64,000 bases of DNA. Source: Burkholderiales bacterium. Lineage in GTDB: Bacteria; Pseudomonadota; Gammaproteobacteria; Burkholderiales; SG8-39. Each line of letters opens with the position of its first letter. Positions within the stretch are counted from its first letter, which is position 1. This document shows, in pieces, positions 42,510 to 51,170 of this stretch. A program made the translations under genes and the position numbers. A model generated the notes under the pieces. The model was not told where the DNA came from. It made no database searches and worked only from the letters and a program-made list of their open reading frames with translations. Where the stretch lies: positions 7,902 through 71,901 of the forward strand of contig JAOAEA010000011.1 in the NCBI GenBank assembly GCA_026417035.1. Direction: 5' to 3'.

Positions 42510-42932
42510 TCAGGCCGACACGACCGACTCGGCCCAGTCGACGATGCCGCGAAGGCGCGGCGCGAGGAGCGCGCGCGCCTCGTCGAAGCTCGCCCAGCGC
42601 CATTCGTGATGCTCCGGGCGGCCGAGCTCGGCGCTCACCGGCAGCGCGATGCGCTCGGCATCGGTCTCGCCGAGGTAATAGCGGGCGACCTTCCCGCCCG
42701 CGTAGGGGCCGGTCTCCCGGAACGCGTGTCCCCAGGGAAACGCGAGGCGCTCGATGCCGGTCTCCTCGCGGACCTCGCGGACGGCGGCCGCGAGCGGCGT
42801 CTCGCCGGGCTCGACCAGGCCCTTCGGGAAATCCCAGTTGCGATAGGCGCGCAGGAGGAGGACCCGCCAGCCCGCGCTCGTCCTGCGCAAGACGACGACC
42901 CCGGCGGAACGCTTCGGCGCGGACGAGTCCAA
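42510..42932 (-). CDS. NUDIX hydrolase
   Basis: Nudix box GLVEPGETPLAAAVREVREETGI. Proposed TTG start 7 nt after GGGAGG. This is the only coding part of ORF 42510..44177. Confidence 0.8.
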   Translation of the reverse strand: MDSSAPKRSAGVVVLRRTSAGWRVLLLRAYRNWDFPKGLVEPGETPLAAAVREVREETGIERLAFPWGHAFRETGPYAGGKVARYYLGETDAERIALPVSAELGRPEHHEWRWASFDEARALLAPRLRGIVDWAESVVSA

Positions 42933-43001
42933 AAACGAGCCTCCCGGGAGGATAATAACGGGGCCGGCCGCCCGAACAACACGAAGCGAACCCCCGCCGC
43001 G

Positions 43002-44183
43002 ATGAACGCCCCCTCTGACATCGACCTGCGTCCCGACTACGACGGCGGGAGCATCGTCAACCTGATGGCGACGCTGATGGCTTCGCTCGGCGGGCACGCG
43101 GACGGCTACCTGCCGCTCGCCGCAGCGCGGCTCGACGGCCTGGCGGAGGCGCGCACCGTCGTGCTCGTCGTCGTCGACGGCCTGGGCGACCTCTGGCTCG
43201 ACCGCCTCGGGCGCGGCGGGCCGATCTCGGCGCATCGCCGCGCGTCGCTGACGTCGGTGTTCCCCTCGACGACGGCCTCCGCGGTGACGACGTTCTTCAC
43301 CGGGCTCGCGCCGGCCCAGCACGCGCTCACCGGATGGCACGTCTATCTGCGCGAGCTCGGCGGCATCGCCGCGATCCTGCCGCTCACCGCGCGGCCCGGG
43401 GGGCAGCCGGTGCTCGCCGCCGGGGCCGACCTGCGCGCGTTCTTCCGCCACGAGCCGGTGTTCGATCGCATCGCGGCGGCATCGACGATCGTGCTGCCGA
43501 AGTGGATCGCCGACTCGCAGTTCACCGTGGCCCATGCCGGGCGCGCGCGCCGCGTCGGCTACCACGGCGTGGAGGAGATGTTCGGCGCGATCGCGTCGGT
43601 CGCGCGCGCGGGGCGCGGCCGCCGCTTCGTGTACGCGTATTACGCGGACATCGACGCGCTCGCCCACGCCCACGGCATGGCGAGCGATGCCGTCCGCGAG
43701 GACTTCGGGCGGCTCGAGCGCGCCTGGGAGAAGTTCCTCGCCGGCATCGCGGGCACCGGCACCGCGGTCGTGCTGACGGCCGACCACGGCTTCATCGACA
43801 CCACGCGCGAGAGCGTGGTCGACCTCGCCGACCTGCCGGGGCTCGCCGACACGCTGGTGCTGCCGCTCTGCGGCGAGCCGCGCGCCGCTTACTGCTACGT
43901 CAAGGCGGGCCGGGAAGCGGAGTTCGAGCACCACGTCGCGACCGAGCTCGCGGGGCGCGCGACCGCTTACCGCAGTGCCGACCTCGTCGCCGAGGGGCTG
44001 TTCGGACCCGGGCTGCCGGACCGCCGCCTCGCGGGCCGCATCGGGGACTACGTGCTCGTCATGCGCGGGAACCACGCGATCCGCGACCAGCTCCTCGGCG
44101 AGCATCGCCACCCGCAGATCGGCGTCCACGGCGGCGCCACGCCGGACGAAATGCTGGTCCCGTTGGTCGTGGCGCACGCCTGA
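43002..44183 (+). CDS. Alkaline-phosphatase-superfamily protein (type I phosphodiesterase / nucleotide pyrophosphatase or PglZ-like), cytoplasmic
   Basis: Metal and nucleophile motifs VVVDGLGD, FPSTTASAVTTFFTG, DIDALAHAHG, LTADHGF, HGGATPDEMLVPLV. No signal peptide. Start at ATG 43002 within ORF 42252..44183. Confidence 0.8.
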   Translation: MNAPSDIDLRPDYDGGSIVNLMATLMASLGGHADGYLPLAAARLDGLAEARTVVLVVVDGLGDLWLDRLGRGGPISAHRRASLTSVFPSTTASAVTTFFTGLAPAQHALTGWHVYLRELGGIAAILPLTARPGGQPVLAAGADLRAFFRHEPVFDRIAAASTIVLPKWIADSQFTVAHAGRARRVGYHGVEEMFGAIASVARAGRGRRFVYAYYADIDALAHAHGMASDAVREDFGRLERAWEKFLAGIAGTGTAVVLTADHGFIDTTRESVVDLADLPGLADTLVLPLCGEPRAAYCYVKAGREAEFEHHVATELAGRATAYRSADLVAEGLFGPGLPDRRLAGRIGDYVLVMRGNHAIRDQLLGEHRHPQIGVHGGATPDEMLVPLVVAHA

Positions 44184-44257
44184 GGCGCGCGCGCCTCGCG
44201 GACCGGCGCCCGCGCGGCGGGGTCCGCCGCGTCCGACGGGAGCGCGAGCGAACGCCG

Positions 44258-44833
44258 ATGGCGAGGATGCCCCGCAAGTACCACCACGTGATCGGGTTCG
44301 ACGACGCGCCGTTCGACCGCGCGCATCGCGGCGACGTGCTCGTGGTGGGCACCGTCTTCACCGGGACCCGGCTCGAGGGCGTGCTCTCGGGCAAGGTGCG
44401 CCGCGACGGCGTCAACGCGACCCGCGTCCTCGCCGGGATCGTGCGCCGCTCGCGCTTCCGCGCGCACGTCGGGCTCGTGCTGTTGCAGGGGATCGCGCTC
44501 GCCGGCTTCAACGTGGTGGACATCCATGCACTGGCGCGCGAGACGGGCCTCCCGGTGCTCGTCGTCATGCGCCGCCGCCCTCGCTTCGACCGCATCCGTC
44601 GCGCCCTGCTCGAGAACGTCCGCGGCGGGCGGGCGAAGCTCGCGCTGATCGAGGCCGCCGGGCCCGTCGAGCCCGCGGCGGGGCTCTTCGTGCAGCGCGC
44701 CGGGATCGCGCTCGCCGACGCCGCTGCGGTCCTGAAAGCGCTCGCCGTCGCCGGCCGCCTGCCCGAGCCGCTGCGCGCCGCGCATCTCATCGCGGGGGGC
44801 ATCGGCACGGGCGAGAGCCGGCACCGCGCCTGA
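44258..44833 (+). CDS. DUF99 (UPF0215, endonuclease V-fold) family protein
   Basis: HVIGFDDAPFDR..., VVGTVFTG..LEGVLSGKVRRDGVNAT, GLVLLQGIALAGFNVVD. About 191 aa, typical of DUF99. Start at ATG 44258 within ORF 43334..44833. Confidence 0.7.
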   Translation: MARMPRKYHHVIGFDDAPFDRAHRGDVLVVGTVFTGTRLEGVLSGKVRRDGVNATRVLAGIVRRSRFRAHVGLVLLQGIALAGFNVVDIHALARETGLPVLVVMRRRPRFDRIRRALLENVRGGRAKLALIEAAGPVEPAAGLFVQRAGIALADAAAVLKALAVAGRLPEPLRAAHLIAGGIGTGESRHRA

Positions 44834-44972
44834 AGGGCGCACCGCGCGCCCGGCGTGCCGCGTGACCGACTTCCCGAGGGCGCGCTCCGTCCCCTATGCG
44901 CGCGCGGCGGTGCGGCATAGAATACGCGCGAACCGGTGCCGCTAAGGCGGCGCGTCGAAAGGGGAAACGCCG

Positions 44973-45341
44973 ATGAAACTGCGCGCGATCGTGCTGGCGG
45001 GCGTGCTGGGCTCCGCGCTCGCGGGCTGTGCGGGGATGGACGCGAAGGACGTCAAGGTCGTGGAGCTCGGCGCCGTGCCGCAGGGTTCCTACGATCTCGT
45101 GGCGCGCGTGTGGACCGAGACGTGGATGACACCCTTCTGGATTCCGTGGTACGCCACCGAAGCGGACGCGATGGAGGGCCTCAAGTCGCAGGCCGCGCTG
45201 CGCGGGGCCGACGCGGTCGCGAACGCCGTGTGCATTCCGGCGCCGACGGCCTGGGGCGGCACGCGGTACTTCTGCCACGGCGACGCGGTGAAGATGCGGC
45301 CCGCGGCGGACCGCCCGTTCTTCACGCCGCCGAAGACCTGA
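44973..45341 (+). CDS. Hypothetical lipoprotein (122 aa)
   Basis: Lipobox LAGC after a hydrophobic signal. RBS AGGGGA. Confidence 0.65.
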   Translation: MKLRAIVLAGVLGSALAGCAGMDAKDVKVVELGAVPQGSYDLVARVWTETWMTPFWIPWYATEADAMEGLKSQAALRGADAVANAVCIPAPTAWGGTRYFCHGDAVKMRPAADRPFFTPPKT

Positions 45342-45381
45342 GCGCGCGAAGCGCGCGCCGCACCGTCCCGGGAGAGGGCCC

Positions 45382-45867
45382 ATGACCGGCCAGGCCACCG
45401 TCGACCTCCTTCGCCAGACCAAGCTCGCGGTCGAGCTCGACGACGCCGAAGCGAAAGTGCTCGCCGAGCGCGTGACCGTGCGCGACCTCGCCGACGGCGA
45501 GATCCTGTGCGACGAGGGCAGGAGCGACGACCGCGTGCACGCGATCCTCTCCGGCGCGATCGCGGTCGCGAAGCGCCAGCCCGACGGCGCGTATCTCAAC
45601 CTGAACGTGCTCACCACGGGCGACCTCGTCGGCGAGCTCGCGTTCATGGACGGCAAGCCCCACTACGCCGCGTTGAAGGCTCTGGGGCCGACCCGCGTGC
45701 TCAGCCTCTCGCGCGAGGCGCTCGAGCAGCTCCTCGACACGCACCCGCGCGCCGTCTACCACGTGATGCGCGCGATCTTCCGGGTCGTGCACGCCATCCT
45801 CCACCGGATGGGCGCGCAGCAGTCCGAGCTCACCAACTACATCTACAAGCTGCACGGGAAGTACTAG
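45382..45867 (+). CDS. Stand-alone cyclic-nucleotide-binding domain protein
   Basis: CNB beta-barrel signature GDLVGELAFMDGKPHYAALKA. No DNA-binding or other output domain in the 161 aa. Confidence 0.75.
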   Translation: MTGQATVDLLRQTKLAVELDDAEAKVLAERVTVRDLADGEILCDEGRSDDRVHAILSGAIAVAKRQPDGAYLNLNVLTTGDLVGELAFMDGKPHYAALKALGPTRVLSLSREALEQLLDTHPRAVYHVMRAIFRVVHAILHRMGAQQSELTNYIYKLHGKY

Positions 45868-46127
45868 GACAAGGGAAGCTCTGCGCCGCTCGCCGTAGGG
45901 ATCGGGGCTTCCGCGGAAGCGGGGGGCGAAGGGCGACCATTCCCTGTCCGGACATTCCCCGGCGCCGCGCGGCGTCCGCCGGCTGGCGTGGGGGCACCCG
46001 TCCGGAGCGTTGGGCCGGGTTACAATGAGCGCCCCTTCCGGCCCGGCCCGACAGGAACTCGCGGTCGCCGCGCCGGTCATTCGAACCATAGCCGGCGTCC
46101 CCGCGCCCCGGGCGCGAACCGTCACCC

Positions 46128-46571
46128 GTGAAACCCCGTCACAAGCGCATCGCGATCATCGTCGGCGGGCTCGCCGCGCTCGGCGCCGCCGCGGCGCTGG
46201 TGTTGAACGCGTTCCAGTCGAATCTGGTGTTCTTCTTCAGCCCGAGCCAGGTGCAGGCGAACGAGGCGCCGAAGGACCGGACTTTCCGCATCGGCGGGCT
46301 CGTCGAGGCGGGCAGCGTGAAACGCGAGGGCGTCACCGTGCAGTTCAAGGTGACCGACACCGCGCACGCCATCCCGGTGGTGTACACGGGCATCCTCCCC
46401 GACCTCTTCCGCGAGGGCAAGGGCGTGGTCGCGCAAGGGCGCTTGGGGCCCGACGGCGTTTTCCGCGCTTCCGAGGTCCTCGCAAAGCACGACGAGAACT
46501 ACATGCCGCCCGAGGCCGCGCACGCGGTCGAGCAGGCGGCCAAGGCGCAGAAGACCCTCAAGGCCCAGTGA
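46128..46571 (+). CDS. ccmE: Cytochrome c maturation haem chaperone CcmE
   Basis: N-terminal TM anchor and [12 protein letters not shown] haem-binding His motif. Confidence 0.93.
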   Translation: MKPRHKRIAIIVGGLAALGAAAALVLNAFQSNLVFFFSPSQVQANEAPKDRTFRIGGLVEAGSVKREGVTVQFKVTDTAHAIPVVYTGILPDLFREGKGVVAQGRLGPDGVFRASEVLAKHDENYMPPEAAHAVEQAAKAQKTLKAQ

Positions 46572-46584
46572 GGGCGCGGCGGCG

Positions 46585-48564
46585 ATGATCCCGGAGATCG
46601 GACACTTCGCGCTCATTCTCGCCCTGCTGCTCGCGCTGGTGCAGGGCGTTTTCCCGATCGCCGGCGCGGCGAAGCGCATCCCTGCGTGGATAGCCGTCGC
46701 GCGGCCCGCGGCGCTCGGCCAGTTCCTGTTCGTCCTCACGGCGTTCCTCGCGCTCGCGTGGTCGTTCGCGACCGACGATTTCTCGGTGCTGAACGTCGCG
46801 ACGAACTCGAACACCCGCACCCCGTTGCACTACAAGCTCGCGGCGAGCTGGGGATCGCACGAGGGCTCGATGCTCCTCTGGTCGCTCATGCTCGCGGCGT
46901 GGACCTTCGCGGTCGCGCTCTTCTCGCGGCACCTGCCGCGGGAGATGGCCGCGCGCGTGATCGGCGTGATGGGGCTCGTGAGCGCCGGTTTCCTCCTCTT
47001 CATCCTCACCACTTCCGATCCGTTCGACCGGCTCCTCCCGCCGGCGCCGGAGGGGCGCGACCTGAACCCGCTCCTCCAGGATCCGGGGATGGTGTTCCAC
47101 CCGCCGATGCTCTACATGGGCTACGTGGGCTTCTCGGTCGCGTTCGCGTTCGCCATCGCCGCGCTGCTCGGCGGCCGGCTCGACGCGACCTGGGCGCGCT
47201 GGTCGCGCCCCTGGACCACCGTCGCGTGGAGCTTCCTCACCGGCGGCATCGCGCTCGGCAGCTGGTGGGCCTACTACGAGCTCGGCTGGGGCGGATGGTG
47301 GTTCTGGGATCCGGTCGAGAACGCGTCGTTCATGCCGTGGCTCGTCGGCACCGCGCTCATCCACTCGCTCGCGGTCACCGAGAAGCGCGGGAGCTTCAAG
47401 AGCTGGACGGTGCTGCTCGCGATCTTCGCGTTCTCGCTTTCGCTCCTCGGCACCTTCCTCGTGCGTTCCGGGGTGCTCACGTCCGTGCACGCGTTCGCGA
47501 CCGACCCGAGGCGCGGCGTCTTCATCCTCGGCTTCCTCGTGCTCGTCATCGGCGGGTCGCTCGCGCTCTACGCATGGCGTGCGCCGCGCGTCGGCCTGGG
47601 CGGGAAGTTCGAGGCCGTGTCGCGCGAATCGATGCTGCTGGTGAACAACGTGCTGCTGGTGGTGGCGGCCGGCTCGGTCATGCTCGGCACGCTCTATCCG
47701 CTGTTCCTGGACGCGCTCTCCGGCGGGCAGAGCAAGATCTCCGTCGGGCCGCCCTACTTCGACACCGTGTTCGTGCCGATCATGGCGCCGCTCGTCTTCC
47801 TGATCGGCGTCGGCCCGATCGTGCGCTGGAAGGCCGACACGGTGCTCGACCTCTGGACGAAGCTCAAATGGGCGCTCGCGGTGGCGGTCGTGAGCGCGGC
47901 GCTCCTGCCCTTCACGCTCGGCCGGTGGTCGCCCTTCGTCGCGTTCGGCCTCGCGCTCGCGCTGTGGATCGCGGCGGCCTCCGTCGTCGCGCTCCGGGAG
48001 CGGGTGAGGAACGTCCCCGCCGGCGAGCGCCTCGCGCGCCTCGCGCGCCAGCCGCGCGCTTTCTGGGGCATGGTGCTCGCGCACCTCGGCGTCGCGGTCT
48101 TCATCGCCGGCGTGACGCTCGTGAAGGGCTACGAGGTCGAGCGCGACGTGCGCATGGACGTCGGCGACACGGTCGCGATCGGCGACTACACCTTCCGCTT
48201 CCTCGGCACGCGCGACATCACCGGGCCGAACTACCGCGGCACCCGCGGCGAGGTCGAGGTGACGAAGGCGGGGCGGCCGGTCGAGCGGCTCTACCCGGAG
48301 AAGCGCATCTACCACGCGCAGCAGATGCCGATGACCGAGGCGGCCATCGACACCGGGTTCTTCGGCGACCTCTACGTGTCCCTGGGCGACCCGGTCGAGG
48401 GCAGCGCGTGGACGGTGCGCGTGTACGCGAAGCCGTTCGTCACCTGGATCTGGGGCGGCGCGTTCCTGATGGCGCTCGGCGGCTTCCTCGCGATCTCCGA
48501 CCGGCGCTACCGGTTCGCGGCCGCCCGCGAGGGCGCGGCGCTCGCGGGCCGCGCAACGGCGTGA
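46585..48564 (+). CDS. ccmF: Cytochrome c haem lyase subunit CcmF
   Basis: WWD motif WGGWWFWDPVENAS. 659-aa polytopic protein. Confidence 0.95.
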   Translation: MIPEIGHFALILALLLALVQGVFPIAGAAKRIPAWIAVARPAALGQFLFVLTAFLALAWSFATDDFSVLNVATNSNTRTPLHYKLAASWGSHEGSMLLWSLMLAAWTFAVALFSRHLPREMAARVIGVMGLVSAGFLLFILTTSDPFDRLLPPAPEGRDLNPLLQDPGMVFHPPMLYMGYVGFSVAFAFAIAALLGGRLDATWARWSRPWTTVAWSFLTGGIALGSWWAYYELGWGGWWFWDPVENASFMPWLVGTALIHSLAVTEKRGSFKSWTVLLAIFAFSLSLLGTFLVRSGVLTSVHAFATDPRRGVFILGFLVLVIGGSLALYAWRAPRVGLGGKFEAVSRESMLLVNNVLLVVAAGSVMLGTLYPLFLDALSGGQSKISVGPPYFDTVFVPIMAPLVFLIGVGPIVRWKADTVLDLWTKLKWALAVAVVSAALLPFTLGRWSPFVAFGLALALWIAAASVVALRERVRNVPAGERLARLARQPRAFWGMVLAHLGVAVFIAGVTLVKGYEVERDVRMDVGDTVAIGDYTFRFLGTRDITGPNYRGTRGEVEVTKAGRPVERLYPEKRIYHAQQMPMTEAAIDTGFFGDLYVSLGDPVEGSAWTVRVYAKPFVTWIWGGAFLMALGGFLAISDRRYRFAAAREGAALAGRATA

Positions 48565-48583
48565 CGCCAGACGGAGCCGAACG

Positions 48584-49120
48584 GTGAAGCGCGCGCTCGT
48601 CTTCGCGATCCCGCTCGCGATCTTCCTCCTCCTCGCGGTCTTCCTGCTGCGCGGCCTCGGCCTCAACCCGCGGGAGGTGCCCTCGCCGCTCATCGGCAAG
48701 CCCGCGCCCGCCTTCCAGCTCGCGACGCTCGCCGACCCGGCGAAGGCGTTCTCGCAGAAGGACATGGCCGGGAGGGTGTGGCTCCTCAACGTGTGGGCCT
48801 CGTGGTGCGTCGCCTGCCGCCAGGAGCACCCGCTGCTCGTGGAGGTCGCGCGGAAGAACGTGCTCCCCATCGTCGGGCTGAACTACAAGGACGATCCGGC
48901 CGACGCGAAGGCCTGGCTCGCCCAGTTCGGCGACCCCTACCTCCTCTCCGTCGCCGACCGCGACGGGCGGGTGGGCATCGACTTCGGCGTCTACGGCGTG
49001 CCCGAGACCTTCCTCATCGACAAGACCGGGACGATCCGCTTCAAGCACATCGGGCCGATCACGCCCGAGGCGTGGGAGAAAAAGATCCTGCCACTGGTGC
49101 GTGAGCTGGAGAAGGCGTGA
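48584..49120 (+). CDS. ccmG: Thiol:disulfide oxidoreductase DsbE/CcmG
   Basis: WASWCVACRQEHP thioredoxin motif and GVYGVPETFLID. Confidence 0.93.
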   Translation: MKRALVFAIPLAIFLLLAVFLLRGLGLNPREVPSPLIGKPAPAFQLATLADPAKAFSQKDMAGRVWLLNVWASWCVACRQEHPLLVEVARKNVLPIVGLNYKDDPADAKAWLAQFGDPYLLSVADRDGRVGIDFGVYGVPETFLIDKTGTIRFKHIGPITPEAWEKKILPLVRELEKA

Positions 49121-49310
49121 TGCGAGCGCATCGAGAGTGGGGGAGCTGCGAGGGGGTGTGCCCCCTCGCTCGCGCGGGCATCCTGCCACTGGTGCGTGAG
49201 CTGGAGAAGGCGTGATGCGAGCGCATCGAGAGTGGGGGAGCTGCGAGGGGGCCTGCCCTCTCGTTCCCGCGGCCATCCTGCCGCTGGTGCGCGAGCTGGA
49301 GAAGGCGTGA
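49085..49310. repeat. Tandem repeat: 2 x 95-bp units plus a terminal 36-nt copy, each starting with the last 36 nt of ccmG
   Basis: ATCCTGCC(A/G)CTGGTGCG(T/C)GAGCTGGAGAAGGCGTGA occurs at 49085, 49180 and 49275. The 59-nt spacers carry TGGGGGAGC and a G5/C5 hairpin. Confidence 0.92.
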
Positions 49311-49807
49311 GACGCTTCGTCGCAGCCCTTCTGCTCGCTGCCGGCGCCGCGGCTGCGCAGCCGCCCGCCGACCCGCGCGCGCCCGCCGAGACGGCGAAGG
49401 CGGCGCTTCCCACGCCCAACGATCCGGTCGCGGCGAAGCGCGCGGTGGCGCTCGGCAACGAGCTCCGCTGCCTCGTGTGCCAGAACCAGTCGATCGAGGA
49501 ATCGAACGCGGAGCTGGCGGTGGACCTGCGCCGGCAGATCCGCGAGCAGATCGCCCAGGGCAAGTCCGACCGCGAGATCATCGACTACATGGTCGCCCGC
49601 TACGGCGACTTCGTCCTCTACCGCCCGCCGTTCAAGGCCACCACCGCGCTGCTCTGGATCGGCCCGTTCCTCCTCCTCGCCGTCGGCCTCGCGGCGGCGC
49701 GCCGGGTGATCGCGGCGCGCCGGGCGCGCGCCGACGAGCGTCCTCTCACCGAAGCCGAGCGCCGCGAGGCCGAGCGCCTGCTCGCCGGCGCACGCGAGAG
49801 CGAATGA
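49307..49807 (+). CDS. ccmH: Cytochrome c maturation protein CcmH
   Basis: LRCLVCQNQSIEESN motif. GTG start overlapping the third ccmG-end copy (GTGA). The N-terminal extension of ORF 49196..49807 lies inside the repeat and is rejected. Confidence 0.88.
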   Translation: MRRFVAALLLAAGAAAAQPPADPRAPAETAKAALPTPNDPVAAKRAVALGNELRCLVCQNQSIEESNAELAVDLRRQIREQIAQGKSDREIIDYMVARYGDFVLYRPPFKATTALLWIGPFLLLAVGLAAARRVIAARRARADERPLTEAERREAERLLAGARESE

Positions 49808-51045
49808 CTGCCTTCGTCGCCATCGCCGTCTTCATGACGGCCGTCGCCCTCGCCCTCGTCGTGCGTCCGCTGCTCGCCGCGCGCCGTCCCGCGGCCGACG
49901 TCGGGCTCGCGCAATCCAACCTCGCGATCCTGCGCGCGCAGCGCGCCGAGCTCGACGCCGACCTCGAGGCCGGGACGCTCTCGGAGACGCAGCATCGCGA
50001 GGCCGTGGCGGAGCTCGAACGCCGCGCGCTGGAGGAGGCGCGGCCCGCCGCGGGCGAAGCCCTCCGGCCGGCGCCCCGGGGCGCAGCGACCGCGGCTGCG
50101 CTCGCAGTGGGGATCCCGCTGGTCGCGGGTCTCCTGTACTGGCAGTTGGGCACCCCGCTCGCCTTGTCGCCCGAAGCGCAGCAGGCCGCGGCGCACGCGG
50201 GCGGCGAGGGGCGCCAGTTCACGCAGGAAGAGATCGACGCGATGATCGCGCGGGTCGAGGAGCGGCTTGCCAGGTCACCGGACGACGCGCAGGGCTGGGC
50301 GGTGCTCGCGCGCACCTATTACACGCTGCAGCGCTTCCCCGAGGCGGTGCGCGCGTTCGCCGAGCTCGCGCGGCTCGCGCCCGACGACGCCGACGTCCTC
50401 ACCGATTACGCCGACGCGCTCGCCATGGCGCAGGGGCGCAGCCTCGCGGGCAAGCCGATGGAGCTGGTGCAGCGCGCGCTCGCGGCCGACCCGAAGCACT
50501 GGAAGGCGCTCGCGCTCGCGGCGAGCGACGCGATGAACCGCAAGGACTACAAGACCGCGCTCGGCTACTGGGAGCGCCTCGCCGCCGTCGTGCCGCCCGG
50601 CTCCGAGATGGCCCAGGCCGTCGCGTCGAACATCGCGGAGGCGCGCGAGGCGGGCGGGATCAGGGCGCCACCGGCCGCCAAGGCCGCGCCGGTGCCGCGC
50701 GCCGCGACGGTGGGAGGGACGGTGAGCCTCGCCCCGGCGCTCGCGGCGAGGGCCAGCCCCGAGGACACGGTGTTCATCTTCGCGCGGCCGGCGCAGGGCG
50801 CCCGCATGCCGCTCGCGATCGTGCGCAAGCAGGTGAAGGACCTGCCCGTGTCGTTCTCGCTCGACGATTCGATGGCGATGGCGCCGAACATGAAGCTCTC
50901 CGACTTCCCGGAGGTCGTCGTCGGCGCCCGCGTCGCGAAGGGCGGCACCGCGACCTCGCAGCCGGGCGACCTCGAGGGCCTCTCGGCTCCGGTGAAGACG
51001 GGCGCGACGGGCGTCGCGGTCGTCATCGACCGGGTGCTGCCCTAG
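49804..51045 (+). CDS. ccmI: Cytochrome c biogenesis protein CcmI (CycH), TPR-containing
   Basis: N-terminal TM MTAFVAIAVFMTAVALALVV and TPR region (GWAVLARTYYTLQRFPEAVRAF). ATGA overlap with ccmH. Confidence 0.85.
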   Translation: MTAFVAIAVFMTAVALALVVRPLLAARRPAADVGLAQSNLAILRAQRAELDADLEAGTLSETQHREAVAELERRALEEARPAAGEALRPAPRGAATAAALAVGIPLVAGLLYWQLGTPLALSPEAQQAAAHAGGEGRQFTQEEIDAMIARVEERLARSPDDAQGWAVLARTYYTLQRFPEAVRAFAELARLAPDDADVLTDYADALAMAQGRSLAGKPMELVQRALAADPKHWKALALAASDAMNRKDYKTALGYWERLAAVVPPGSEMAQAVASNIAEAREAGGIRAPPAAKAAPVPRAATVGGTVSLAPALAARASPEDTVFIFARPAQGARMPLAIVRKQVKDLPVSFSLDDSMAMAPNMKLSDFPEVVVGARVAKGGTATSQPGDLEGLSAPVKTGATGVAVVIDRVLP

Positions 51046-51059
51046 GGAATGTCTGAACC

Positions 51060-51079
51060 AAGGGGGACACATCCCCCTT
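51060..51079. terminator. G5/C5 hairpin between convergent ccmI and phaC (likely bidirectional terminator / REP-like)
   Basis: AAGGGGGA-CACA-TCCCCCTT, with an imperfect outer extension GTCTGA...TCAGAC (51051..51097). Confidence 0.5.
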
Positions 51080-51170
51080 TGGCCGCCGATGTCAGACGAA
51101 GCCCTGATCCATTCGGGGAATCGATCAGAGCTTCCCTGGCGATCCGCCCGGGCGGGGCCTCCCCGACGGC

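Noticed and set aside
42933-44177. Upstream 415 codons of ORF 42510..44177 on the minus strand.
   Set aside because: They are antisense to the alkaline-phosphatase-superfamily gene. Only the last 140 codons carry the Nudix box, and these have their own RBS and TTG start.
49196-49306. N-terminal extension of ccmH starting at ATG 49196 (MSWRRRDASASRVGELRGG...).
   Set aside because: The extension lies entirely inside the ccmG-end tandem repeat in a different frame from the repeat's ccmG-derived coding frame. CcmH homologs begin with a signal peptide, which starts at the GTG at 49307 (VRRFVAALLLAAGAAAA).
49085-49310. Possibility that the 95-bp tandem repeats are a small CRISPR array.
   Set aside because: There are only 2.4 units. 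The repeated part includes coding sequence, and the intervening segments are themselves near-identical rather than unique spacers. No cas genes are in the window.
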